Of a DNA stretch of 64,000 nucleotides, positions 36,650-48,249 are shown in pieces. Within the stretch, counting starts at the first letter, position 1; each line of letters opens with the position of its first letter. Location of the stretch: the NCBI GenBank assembly GCA_964016885.1, contig OZ024740.1, positions 177,072,001-177,136,000 on the forward strand. Direction: 5' to 3'. The notes under the pieces are model-generated. The model had not been told where the DNA came from and did not search any database. It worked only from the letters and a program-made list of their open reading frames with translations. The DNA is from Eledone cirrhosa (taxonomy: Eukaryota). A program made the translations under genes and the position numbers.

Positions 36650-38764
36650 TTACCGTACTTTTGGTAGAGGAGGGATGGTTTTTACATCCCTTTTCACTTG
36701 ATCGTCTGGTGAAGGGACCGTTGAATCGTCCTTTCGGCTGGTCGTCGGCTCTTCTAAGAGAATGTCTGAGTATACTCTTCGATTGATGGTTCCTCCTAGG
36801 TCCCTGAAATCACCAACTGCGTTGGGGAATTTCGTTTTAATGTTTGTGTATTGTTTCTGTGCTATTTTTAGCAGTCTTATGTTAGTTGGCGTTTTGATTG
36901 GTGCTGGTATTATGTAGTCCTGTTGTGAAATGTCTGTGTGTTCAATTATGTAAGTCATTAGTTTCTTGTTGTGTGTATTTATTGCCGTGCATTTGTTTTT
37001 CTGGGGGTGGGGTGTGGTTCTACTATTTTCTTGTCGTTGTTGCTGGGTGTGTGTGTTTTGTTGTTGTGTTTGCGATGTTGGTGCTTGTGGTGGTGGTGTT
37101 AAAGGTGTTGTTGGCGGTGGTGATGGTGGTGCTAGTGTGGGTGGTGATGGTGTTGGTGTTGTTGCTGCTGTGGGTCTCTTTGCAGTAGACTTTACCCTTT
37201 TCTCATTTCTTTCCTCCCTTTTCAAAGGCGACGATGCGCTGCTTCTGCGTTTGTGCCTTCTTACGACCTTTTGCCATCTCTCTCCCACCTCACACTCCAT
37301 GTCTGATTCTGTGAGGTCGGGGAGGGGTACCAGCTCCACTCTTTCACTTGTTGTTGTTGGTGATGTTTGCACTGGAGTCTCTGTTGCAGCTGCATTTGGT
37401 ATTGCTGTTGTTGTTGTTAGTATTTCCACTGCTGCTGCTGTTTTGGATTTCCGTGGAGTGGGTATGGGTGCCACGGGCCTATCGTTCCTGGTTGCCGCTT
37501 GTCCTGTTGCTGGTAGCCGTGGAGCCGGATTCGGAAGGAGGGGGGTTTTCTCCTTTCTCAGGGTCTTCTCGTTGCAGAAGGCCCTGAGGTGAGTCTTCGA
37601 TCCACAGCGAAAGCATTTCGGGCGTTTGCCCTCAACACTTATGGGCAGTTGAGTGCCGTTATCGAAGTCTATCACATCCGGGATAGCTTCGATGCACTCC
37701 TGGTTGGTTTGGATTAGCATCTCAATGGAGGAGCCGACCCAATCTTCTCTTACTTTTTTCTGTACTTGCAGTACAGTTGTTTTGTCCTCGATTCCGACGA
37801 GGACAGACGCGGCCAGCCAAGAAGGGGTCATTCCGGGGGGGACGTGGGTCAGTTTGACCCTCACAATTTTTTGCCCACAGTAGGAGGGCACCAACACCAT
37901 TTCCTCGCTCCTTAGGGTCACTACTGATTGGGCCTTTGCCTCCTGGGGTGTGGCAAAAAGTACGTCTACGGTGGCATATTTTTTGCCTCGGGTGATGTGC
38001 GTTTTCCGCTGCCACACAGATTCTAAGGCTTTTTGTATTTGGGCCTCTGTGGCTCTTTCTACCCTACGGGATTTTGTACTTACTGAACGGTACGTGACCG
38101 TACAGTGCTCTTGGGTTTTGAAAAAATTTTCCGCTGCCTTGCAGATTGCTCGGTGTCCGTTCTTTGTCACCATCTTCTTCGCTTCCTCTAATTCCTCATT
38201 TGTTATGAGGATTGTTTCCAAGTTTTTCGCAATACCTGCAAATGAGATTGGTTTTTCTCTGCTGTTGTTGTTGTCGTCAGAGCTGCTGGTACTTTTGTTG
38301 TTGCTGCAGGTACTACGACTACTGCCTCCGCCGCTGTTGCTGTGGTTATTGTTGGTGTTGCTGCTGCTAATGCTGTTGTTGTTTATGCTGCTGGTGATGC
38401 TGTTGCGGCTGCTACTGTTGTTTTCATTGTCACTGTTGCTGTTGTTATTACGGCTGCTACTGCTATTATTCCTGACGTCAGACGAATGAACTGGGTTTTC
38501 GTATTTCCCGCACACCTGTTTCGTCGCTGTCGTCGTCGTCGTGGAGAAACCTTGCACGCTTTGCACGAGACTTTTCTTTTCTTTCGTCGCTTGCGAAAGA
38601 GAAGGGAGGGAGAGAGACACATTTAAAGAAGGGAGGGAGAGAGACAATCTTCTCTCTGCTGTAGTGATGATTGAGGAAGAAGAAGACGGAATGAGTGGGA
38701 GTGACGTATGAAATTTCTTTTTCGTAGCCATGTTTTTTTGTTTAAAATGAAATTTTGGGTACAA
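36650..38764 (-). CDS. ORF1p: gag-like nucleic-acid-binding protein with a zinc knuckle (704 aa; likely start MATKK)
   Basis: CFRCGSKTHLRAFC (CX2CX4HX4C), N/S-rich and P/T-rich low-complexity linkers; lies 35 nt upstream of ORF2. Confidence 0.88.
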   Translation of the reverse strand: MYPKFHFKQKNMATKKKFHTSLPLIPSSSSSIITTAERRLSLSLPSLNVSLSLPSLSQATKEKKSLVQSVQGFSTTTTTATKQVCGKYENPVHSSDVRNNSSSSRNNNSNSDNENNSSSRNSITSSINNNSISSSNTNNNHSNSGGGSSRSTCSNNKSTSSSDDNNNSREKPISFAGIAKNLETILITNEELEEAKKMVTKNGHRAICKAAENFFKTQEHCTVTYRSVSTKSRRVERATEAQIQKALESVWQRKTHITRGKKYATVDVLFATPQEAKAQSVVTLRSEEMVLVPSYCGQKIVRVKLTHVPPGMTPSWLAASVLVGIEDKTTVLQVQKKVREDWVGSSIEMLIQTNQECIEAIPDVIDFDNGTQLPISVEGKRPKCFRCGSKTHLRAFCNEKTLRKEKTPLLPNPAPRLPATGQAATRNDRPVAPIPTPRKSKTAAAVEILTTTTAIPNAAATETPVQTSPTTTSERVELVPLPDLTESDMECEVGERWQKVVRRHKRRSSASSPLKREERNEKRVKSTAKRPTAATTPTPSPPTLAPPSPPPTTPLTPPPQAPTSQTQQQNTHTQQQRQENSRTTPHPQKNKCTAINTHNKKLMTYIIEHTDISQQDYIIPAPIKTPTNIRLLKIAQKQYTNIKTKFPNAVGDFRDLGGTINRRVYSDILLEEPTTSRKDDSTVPSPDDQVKRDVKTIPPLPKVR

Positions 38765-38944
38765 AACCCCAATAACAGGTTATTTAACCCCGAAGGGCCA
38801 AATAACGGACAGAAAGACCCCTCTCACGAGGAGGAGGGTGTCTTTATCAACAATTTGGTTCAAGTTTTAAACAATTTACAATTGTTTTAACGGTTAAAAA
38901 TTACTATACCTTACAGAGCCGTGCCTCCGTCAACCATGGCATTC

Positions 38945-38998
<54 letters not shown>

Positions 38999-38999
<1 letters not shown>

Positions 39000-39129
39000 T
39001 TTTCTTTATTAACCACAAGGGTTTACATACAGTAGACATTAAGGACAGTACAGGACAATACAGGACGGTACAAATGGGCATTTCTACGTGTAAAAAAACA
39101 GAGGATGAAATAAAATAACAATGAAAAAT
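38999..39129 (-). mobile_element. Tx1 3'-end stub (heavily 5'-truncated copy of the same family)
   Basis: TTTCTTTATTAACCACAAGGGTTTACAT..GTAGACATTAAGGACAGT...GGACGGTACAAATGGGCATTTCT matches 26808-26940. Confidence 0.9.
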
Positions 39130-39136
39130 AATAATA

Positions 39137-39343
39137 ATACAAAAGATAGTACTAATGGGAACTGCCCATATACTAAGGAAGATTCTGTCAATATAAGTAT
39201 ATCACAGGTCTAAACACCTAAAGAGGCATGTGTGTGTATGTATGTTCTTTCTTGAACATGGCCGACCTTGTTGTCTCTTGAGGTCACTGGTTGTGACTTG
39301 GTGATAACTCGTATGAACATAAAGCAAGATAAATGCAGCTGTA

Positions 39344-39389
<46 letters not shown>
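39137..39389 (+). mobile_element. 3' stub of a second Dong/R4-type element with a (TAA)n tail
   Basis: 39137-39196 translates IQKIVLMGTAHILRKILSI*, homologous to LQKACLLGTARTLRYVLKNI* of the element at 24324-26768. Followed by a 3' UTR hairpin and (TAA)15. Confidence 0.75.
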
Positions 39390-39391
<2 letters not shown>

Positions 39392-39599
39392 TGTGGAGAA
39401 GTAACACACAAGTTGGAATATATATATAGGGAGAAAAAACGATTATTAGGAAGAAAAATATTTTTTTTTCCGTTCTTTTTTTCTTTTTTCTGAGTTAGAA
39501 AATGTTTAAAACAAATTATTTTACTTTCTGTGAAGTGTCAAAGTATTAATTAATTTATTTATTAATTAACAATAGCATTAATTAATTAATTTATTAATT

Positions 39600-40550
39600 T
39601 ATTTATTTAATAATTATCAATTACCGGTTTCAGCATTTTATGCATTTCAAATTATGTGAGTGAGGGAGAGAAAAAGGAATTTGAGCTTGCACAAAATGTA
39701 GAAGAGAAAATATGGTAATGTTAAACGTGTTAAGGAAATGGGAAAGAATGAATGATATTATTTACAAACATAGTTTTTGAAGACAAAATAAGGTGATGTT
39801 AAACATGTTAAGGTAATGGGAAAGAAAGAATAATATTATTTACAAACATGGTTTTTGAAGACAAGCAGTTCAAACATTGTTTTTAGGAAAGATCGCTTGG
39901 AGATGTTCATTCTTGGAGGAGGCAAATGGCCGTCCAGGACTGGATGTGTTTTCCCTTTTTAGAGAATTAACATGCAAGGGAAGGTAATTCAGCGTGGTAG
40001 GGTAGGAGAAAGAGAGGCGAGAGGGTAATTCATTTATAAAAGAAAAAGGAATAGGTAGGGTGTGAGGGAGGTAACTCTTTAGAGAACATAGGGATTTGAG
40101 TCTAGGGTTCATTGTTCATTCTAGTTTTAGTTTAGTCCGAAGTTTAGTCCATTAAGTAGAGGTTGGAATTTGTTAATGAAGTACGTTTCCTTATTAGTAC
40201 GTTGGATGAAAGAAGCGTTGACTATGAATTTGTAAATGGGGAAAATTCTGAAGTTTAGTAGGTGGTTAGGTGCACAGTTGGCGATATGTTCACTAAGAGC
40301 AATCTTACTGCATTCCTGTATTTTGATTTGTGATCTATGGACGGTCATACGTTGTCGGAGGCTGTTTTTCTCTGTCCTATGTAGTGCTTTCGACAACCTG
40401 AGCAGGTCAAAACATAGATTAGGTTTTCAGATGCAACTGTGGTATATGCATAAATCTAATAGAAGGTTCAACATTCCACTTTAAACAAGGACAACATTTC
40501 ACAGTTAAATACAACTTTACATATGCATCTGAAAACTAATCTATGTTTCA
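39600..40550 (-). mobile_element. Penelope-like 3' fragment (GIY-YIG C-half) with a degenerate 3' hammerhead and 5' inversion
   Basis: ORF 40127-40396 has SLRQRMTVHR..ALSEHIANC..E.YFINKFQPLLN. Hammerhead-like AAT-TTGAAA-T-GCAT(AAA)ATGC-T-GAAA-CCGGTA-ATT at 39620-39654(-). IR ~40410-40436 / 40523-40548. Confidence 0.7.
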
Positions 40551-40717
40551 ACGCTTTAAAGACAATATATCTACCCCCAGAGCGTTCAATAACTGGGTAT
40601 GTTATTGGGAAAATGGAGGAGAGAGGGAAGGAATTGTCTTTAAAGCACTGAAATATCTGAGTCCAGAAATAGCCTTCGAAACGGCCTGATCTCTGCCGTC
40701 GGGGTCCTGAACCTTTT

Positions 40718-40769
<52 letters not shown>

Positions 40770-40979
40770 GCCAATCATTGTAAGTTTGAATCTAACTGAC
40801 ATGCAAAAATATATATATAGGAATAAGGTAAGCCCAAATCATAATAGATTCAAATATCAGAGAGAGAGAGGGAGTGGGTGTGGGATATGTGGTGTAACAG
40901 AAATGAAACATGGATTACAGTTTAAAATATAGTCTAGATAGATGTGAAACAAAACGATGATGTAGTTTATGGAACACCC

Positions 40980-41430
40980 AAATGATTTAGAAGTCGACAT
41001 TAAGTAGGAGCAATAAATTAAGAAAGACATGAACGACACCACAACACTTCGTTTTGAAAATTTTGAAAGTAAGTTTATAAATATGAATTTTCGTAAGACT
41101 TTCGTAATTGTCTCCGTGGCCTAGCGGTAGGTACTAGAGATATTGAAGATCGTGGCTTTGGGTTCAATCCTGGTCAAGATTTGCATGTAACCTTTTTCGC
41201 TTTTTATTTTACAACCAACAGAAAAAATTGAAAAGGTTTACCGGGAACCCTACTTCTGACCAGGATCACCACTGTCTATGATTCCTCCAACTAGGCCACC
41301 GGACAGCTACAAAAGTATAATGTATATTGATAATTATAAACCTACTTTCAAAATCAAAGTTAAAAATATGTGGTGTCGTTCATGGCTTTCCTAGAGCTAT
41401 TAGTAATATTTAGGGTCGACTTCTGGTCAT
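40980..41430. repeat. Fold-back element enclosing two convergent tRNA-like heads
   Basis: Arms ~40980-41082 / 41333-41430. + strand TGGCCTAGCGG...GGTTCAATCCTGGTCA (41110-41178). Minus strand GTGGCCTAGTTGG...GATCCTGGTCA (~41257-41305). Confidence 0.6.
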
Positions 41431-41850
41431 TATTGAAAGTTTCTGGATTTCGCAAAATACATATTTTTTATTGGAGGAAGTAAGATATTTTTCCGCAAAG
41501 TTTTGATTGCACTGTTTTGTTTCCACTTGTGTATTTTTCGAAAATATTATTTATTCATTATAAAAATTAAATGATAGCATTCTATATGTAGGTGGGTACC
41601 CTTCATTTCCTGGCAACCAATATTTTTAGACCTAGTTCACCACTGTATATATATATATACATTCATTTATTATGGCTATTGGTGAGCTTTGTTACTCTAA
41701 CGCTTCACCTGTGCACTCACAGGATCACCAGTCTTGTCGGATGAGAACGCAGGAGAGACTCCTGAGTAACAAGGCTTAAGCATAATAAATGAATATTTAA
41801 ACTCTACTTCGGTATTGAGTTTTCATTCGTACGTCCGTCAATAATTCACG

Positions 41851-42187
41851 TACTCTCAGGTGTGAATGATCGTCTCCACCTCTACTTATTAATTTGTCAG
41901 TTATTTTTCCAGCCCCCGTTTTTTAATCCACCCCCAACCCCACACGCTTATTATATTTTGCTAATCTATCTCCGGCGAAATATAATTATTAGTGATCCAT
42001 ATTGATACAGCAGCTTAAACATCTAACAATAATTTTATTTTACATTAAAAAACATTATATATGACAAAAGAAAAACATTATAAGAAATCCCATACTTACG
42101 AACGTACACTATACAATTAGTGATTTTCCAAGACCCCCCCACCGCTCCATTATTGCCACCCTTCCTATTATTTGGGACCCGAGAGTG
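41851..42187. mobile_element. Possible pogo/mariner-type MITE
   Basis: Begins TACTCTC and ends CCTATTATTTGGGACCCGAGAGTG; the TIR match is short and degenerate. Confidence 0.35.
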
Positions 42188-42479
42188 CCACCAAACTCTC
42201 TTTCTCTCTATGTCTATCACACAAAACTCTCTTTTAATCCCCCACTCTGTATCTACTAAATCCAAACTACACCCCTCTCTATATCTACCAGGACACCCCC
42301 TCTCTTATTCCACTCTCTCTATCTCAGACTAATACACTCTCTCACTCTCTATACATATCTACTAATATCTCTCCCAATCCCCCTCTCTATATCGATTAAA
42401 AATAAACTCTCTCCCTCTCTATACCTACTTCACGATACTCTCTTCCTATACCCCTCTCTCTATCAATAAACATCTAAAC

Positions 42480-44880
42480 CAAAGGTTCTCAACCCATTTC
42501 GGCCAAACGCCCCCGTTTGCCCCTCGAAATCACGAAACGCCCCTACCCTTTTTTTCCATTTTTCAATATACTACTGATTTTGATATCAGTAGATTACTAA
42601 AAAATTGATTAACGATATTCCAAAGATACCATTGCTGGCAGTTGAAAGTATAAATACATTCCTTGAAAGGAAGTATATCAATTTCAAAAAAAAAAGGAAC
42701 ATAAATGTTCTTTTTATGAATAAGGAGCAGTTGAATTATATTCCCACCAGGCGAAACCAGCTATTTTGAACATTTATACAAGAGCAACGCTGTCTATCCA
42801 AAGAGTGCTCTTATCTGGAAGAAAGTGGCAATTGTATTATTTCAAAGCTTTCCAATTTTCCCTTTAATGAAACGGACAGAATAAATGTTGATATCTAACT
42901 TGATGTCCCCTCCGCTTTGTGAGCTTAGAGACCACGCAAGAGGGTTTTCATGACTACGTAAGAGGGTATATTCATTAGTAAACGGTAAAATATATACAAC
43001 AAATGAGTAAGTGAATTGTGGTAGATGGTTTCTAGTCCAGTCAGACTGCAACTACAAATAAAAAATTGACTTAAGTTGACCTCGTATCAATGGGTCCCTT
43101 GAGCTTCATGGAGTCTAGCTAACTCTTTGACGTCAGGCCGGATTTTCGTGAGGTGTAGCCGGAGATCTCCACGTGCAATCACATTGTAGCGGTTGCGAGC
43201 CTTACTATGCAGTCTGGAAACAACGCCAAACCCCCTCTCGACTAAGTATGAGCTAGGAAAAGGCAAAGCAAATCTCTTAGCCTCTGCATGTAGGAGTGGA
43301 AATCGACGCTGAATTTCCTCTTGCATCCAAAAAAGGGGTTCACCTATTTTGGAAAATTTAATTTTGATAATGTCATCTGTCTGAAGTTCAATTAATTCTT
43401 CCTGAAATTTAACGTCGAAATCGTCGACGTTAGCTATGAAGGGATCTGCTATCCATATTGGGATATGTCCATCTGCAAAAGGTCGACAAACCGTTCTCTC
43501 ATGTTGTCTTGTAGTGCACGGAGGTGCGCGGTATAAATTTGGAGTTGGTCATCGCTCATAATGTTTTGAGCATTGGCGACACTAGGAAAATTATAGAATT
43601 CCCGTCGACAAAGATTCTTTTCGATGACTTTCAATTTGGCCAGGAATATTTTCACAGAATTCCTTGCTTTAAACAAGGTGATCTTCTCCCCCTGCAAAGC
43701 CATAATGAGGTCATTGCATTTGTCGAAGATGTCGGCGAGGTAGGCGCAGTCTTGCCTCACATCGAGGGTTCTTTTATAGAGTTCTGTGTTGCGTCCTCGA
43801 AGAAACTCAGTGATAGAGTCGAACAGTTCAAAGAAGCGAGTAAGGCACTTGCCCTTTGATAGCTACCTCACTTCAGTATGAAGGAGCAACTCGGCGAATT
43901 CTTCGTCATTATCTTCACACAGTTGCCAGGAAAATTCGTTCATTGAGGGCATGGCGTTTGATATAATTGATGACATCAATGGATATCTGCAAAGACTTGC
44001 TCAGCGGCTCGCTGAGTTTCTTCGCAGCCAAGTTTTGTCCATGAATGACAAAATGAACAGCAAATACAGATGGATTTTCCCTCTTCAGAAGAGAGACGAA
44101 ACCCTTATGTTGGCCGACCATTGCTCTTGAGCCGTCCGTAGCACATGATACAATATTGTTAAGAGGTATCTCTTTTTCTTCGAGGTATCCCTTGACAGAT
44201 TCAATGATGGTGGCACCTTTAGTATCTGTGGCTATATTCAGAGTGAAGAGAAGCTCCTCGTTCATTTCGTTTTGGTGGAAACATCGCACGTATCCCAGTA
44301 GTAAGGACTGATTCCCGGAAAGTGTGCTTTCATCAAGTTGCAAAGCAAATTGTGTCGATTTCAAGATGTTGCATAATTGTTGTTCAACATTTTCCGCCAT
44401 TTCGTCGATGCGTCTCTTTATTGAGTCGTTACTCAACGGAATACATTTCAAGGTCTTTAACGGGTTCTGACGTAGTACTGTTGAAAGAACTTCTGAGATG
44501 ACAGGGGCTACCAATGTTTCACCCAAGGAATGGGGCTTGCTACACTTTGCGATTATGTTGGCAATATTGTAAGATGCGACAAGACCATCAACATTTGAAG
44601 CTTCAACTTTTGAAAAGGCAGAAGAAATTAGTGTTGTTTTCTGGAATTGGTCCCTAAGAGACTGAAAGTATGCTAAATCTTTATATCTCTTATCGGGGTA
44701 CCTCACCTCCAGGTGTCTACTCAAACGCGATGGCTTCATCGCCTCATTCGAAAAGGACTCCTTGCAAATTAAACACATGGGTGACAGGTGGTTCGACGGC
44801 GATGGGATGAATCCGAACCGTAAGTAATCAAGGCTGTACTGCCTGCATTTTTTCTTCATTGCTGAGGCTTTTTTCTGTTT
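42480..44880 (-). mobile_element. hAT (Buster/Charlie) DNA transposon with a fragmented transposase (SCAND3/ZBED5-like)
   Basis: MKKKCRQYSLDYLRFGF..PMCLIC..NEAMKPSRL.RHL; FALQLDEST; CATDG; AYLADIF; FPSSYLVERGF..LRLHLTKIRPD. One TIR-like end, CAAAGGTTCTCAACC, at 42480; the other end was not found. Confidence 0.9.
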
Positions 44881-45879
44881 AGCGAATGTGTTTGGTAAAG
44901 TTACGCAAAGATTTGACTATATAAGCCTAAAATTATGTATAAGGAACTTACTATAATGAGTCCTGTTCCAGTATGATAAAGTTTCAAGTAATGTTCTGGA
45001 ATAACACTTTGTAATAAACAAAACTGCAATGAAAAACACAAATACTGTCATTAATTAACCAAGTCGAGACAAGTTATATATGATGATTAACCAGTCTTTC
45101 ATGTAGGAATAGTAATAACTTAGCTTGAGGGAATTAAGGTGGCAGACTCAATAAAGGATCAACAAGGCAACGAGTTCAAGAGACCTTAATGCAAGAATGA
45201 CTAGTAATGTGCTATTTTGAAATGGAATTCATCAATTAAGCACGTAGTGATAGGACACCATAATACGAAGTTAAGACATTACTTATTAGTCAGAGTTACT
45301 CAAATTATCGCTCTTACCTTAATGCATCACTGTGATATTCTTGTAATGGTGCTGCAATTATAATGGATGACTGTTGAAGACTACAAAAGCACTTCCTTAA
45401 ACCCAAGGCTATAATAAGACTTGATCGTAGTATAAACAGTCAGTTTATATATGAATAGCAACAACCTAGTTATAGAATAAATGATGTGGAAATGCAATGA
45501 AGATAAGATGGGGTCAAGCAAACCGAATGTTAGTAAGAATGAGCTGTAGTATCGAGGTCAAGCCGATCACGGTGATGAACGGGTCAGTGAATAATGTTGC
45601 TTGTTTTGAGGGGTCTCGTTTGCCTTAAAAATGTGAGGGGGACAAAGCAACATTTGTTGGAGCATTTTAGTATTACTTATGGTGTCTTTCCTGAACCCTA
45701 TCACATAAGTAACAATTTCTTTACGCTAATTAAATTTTATATATTCAAATGAAGTTCAGATATTAAAAAAAAATAAGCTTAAAAAGTATTTATTATATCA
45801 AATAAACAAAAAATAAAACATAGACGTTTGAATAAAAATCATATAAAGTAAATTTATTGTCTTTTAGAACTTTCCAAAT

Positions 45880-46975
45880 GTATCATATCTCGCATCATTG
45901 CTGTCAATAAATAATTTAGCAACTTCTTCACAACTAATCTTTTTCAAAACATCTTTATGAACGTCTCATATTAGAATATGATTCAACCTTTGCTGAGTCA
46001 TGGTCGATCGCAACCAAGTTTTGAGTCTCTGCAGAGCGCTACACAAGAACTGGTTGGAAATATTTAAAGTAGCCTGAGCAATCGCTCAACATTTAGAAAC
46101 ATGCGACGGACTTCTGGTTGCATTTCACCGAATATTTTACGATGATCCCCGAGAGATGATCCACTATGATGATTTCTATAAAAAAGTATTTCGTTCCTTA
46201 AAGAAAATTCATCGAGCTCTGGATACTGCATGATCACTTCAGCACAAACATTTCCATTGAGTAAAATATTGCTCAGTTTTTCATAATCTGTTAAATCCTG
46301 TGAAAAAAAATAATCTTTCAAATTTTATATTGCAGTATCCGCTACCTGCAAATACTGCACTCTGTAATGATCCAAAGCAGTGCAGTGTTGATATTTTAAA
46401 CGCATTTCCTTCCTGGTATCTTTTAGGAACTTTTCGTTGCCTGGGTAGCTCCAAATTTTTCTTCACTGCGTAGATTTGTTTAGCTCCTCCTGCACCAGTT
46501 TGACACTATGCAACATGCTACCTAGATTGAAGGTGGTACTTTGAAAAGATTTGTTCAATCCTTCAAGGAATTGAAGTAATGGAACTACAACGTGCAATAC
46601 AATAACACATTGGCCCGGAGAGTGACACGTAAGAATAACATTAGCTCTGGATGCAATGTTGGTGCCAAACTAATTTGTTGCCTCTTGTAAAGAAATAGGG
46701 GCATCTGAATGATTGTCTAGAAGGGCTTTGACTGCAGAAAGTCGTGTAAGCCATCGAGTAGGGCATACAGGTGTTGAAGAAGCGTGGAGACGATACTTCA
46801 TTTTCTTCAACATGTTGTGATAAATACGCTTGCTTAAATTTCCCTGATGTACTATATAGTTTCCGCAATTCATTCACGCAACCTAGAATATTTTTGATAA
46901 GTGAAGCTTGTTGTACAGACTTAGTTATAATAAGTTGAGAAATATGAATGCCGCAGTGCACGTAATGGGCCAAAT
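45880..46975 (-). pseudogene. Second hAT transposase relic (ZMYM1-like family)
   Basis: AHYVHC..H, VCPTRWLTR, LELPRQRKVPKRY, and the dimerisation-domain motif SALQRLKTWLRSTMTQQRLNH at ~45975-46040. Confidence 0.8.
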
Positions 46976-47474
46976 AAAGTTATTTTAGAATCTTTAAAAA
47001 GATCTTTAAAAAATACCCGTACGAATAAAGTTTCAGTCCAAAACAAAAGCAAACAATTTCAAATTATATATTTTTGAAAGATAGACGTGAATGTTCTGAA
47101 AGACTTGATTTCAGTAGAAAAAGCTTTTTTTTTTTAAATTATATATTTCACTGTTAGCTGTTGTAATATTTTGATTGGATAAACAATTCTACAATTCAAA
47201 CTGTAAAGTCAAAATACAAAAGATGTAAAATATGAAGAATTTTTTACCTTTCTCTGAAATCACAAACTCAGGGGAAAAATAGTCCCTTGCAAAATAAAAT
47301 ACCTCGTAGCAAAATAAAATACTTAGCAACGAATGAAGCTTGGAGACAGTGAAAAAGTAGTATCTGTATCCCTTATATATAGATACACAGACACACACAA
47401 ACACACATAGACACGCACGCACGCACACACACACACACACACACATAGACACGCACGCACGCACACACACACAC

Positions 47475-47518
<44 letters not shown>

Positions 47519-47664
47519 ACACATATATATATATATACATACACACACACAAACTTGTGTGTGTGTGTGCCTTGGTTTGGGTACAGAAACAATTTTGTCT
47601 ACAGTTTTTTATTGCCAGGTCAAAGGCCACTGCTCTTTTCAACAACGCCAAATAACAACGCTCC

Positions 47665-47733
<69 letters not shown>

Positions 47734-47820
47734 ATGAAGAGAGAAAGAGGGAGGGACAGAGAGAGTAAGAAATGTGTGTGTGTTTGGTACACATCTATCT
47801 ATCTATCTATCTATCTCCAA

Positions 47821-47872
47821 CAGGGGGCTCATACATGCGGCCCGCGAACTACTTATCTGTGGTGGCCCGTGA
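47821..47872 (+). mobile_element. hAT MITE terminal fragment
   Basis: CAGGGGGCTCATACATGCGGCCCGCG..TGGCCCG, a Charlie-type end. Confidence 0.45.
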
Positions 47873-47915
47873 TAGAACCAATATTTCATAACGCATTATA
47901 ACTGGTGATAATAAT

Positions 47916-48125
47916 AAGGCGGTGAGCTGGTGGAATCGTTAGCACATCTGGCGAAATGCTTAACGTTTTTACGTTCTGAGTTCAAATTCCGCCGATCTCA
48001 ACTTTGCCTTACATCCTTTTGGGGTCGATGAGTTAAGTACCAGTTGTGTACTAGGATCGATGCAATCGACTGAACCTTAAACCCCAAATTTCATGCCTTG
48101 TTCCTATAGTAGAAATGATTATAAT
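47916..48125 (+). mobile_element. Full-length cephalopod-type tRNA-derived SINE
   Basis: GGCGGTGAGCTGG..GAATCGTTAGCA head, GAGTTCAAATTCCGCCG B-box, CATCCTTTTGGGGTCGAT body and AGTAGAAATGATTAT end. Confidence 0.8.
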
Positions 48126-48249
48126 TGGTGAAAATGTTCACCAACCACCACGTTTGACCCACTGTGCCTCTCCTACAGGACGTAATAGCCCTTTTGTGTC
48201 CTTGAGTTTGAGACCCATCTTCTACACACACACACATATATATTTTACT

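Larger units (their letters stand above)
32944..38944 (-). mobile_element. Full-length Tx1/L1-clade LINE, copy B (nearly intact)
   Basis: Two long ORFs, the same 5' end (GAATGC..TGGTTGACGGAGGC) and 3' end (AATAAAGAAATC-ATT repeats) as copy A. Bounded by (AAT)17 and (AAT)18. Confidence 0.95.

Noticed and set aside
28073-38626. Plus-strand ORFs repeated in both Tx1 copies (e.g. the 169-aa and 208-215-aa ORFs)
   Set aside because: Antisense shadows of GC-rich ORF1/ORF2 with no recognisable domain.
26769-39389. CRISPR-like or telomeric array interpretation of the repeat-spaced elements
   Set aside because: The spacers are whole retrotransposons and the repeat is AAT, not a CRISPR repeat or TTAGGG; there are no cas genes.
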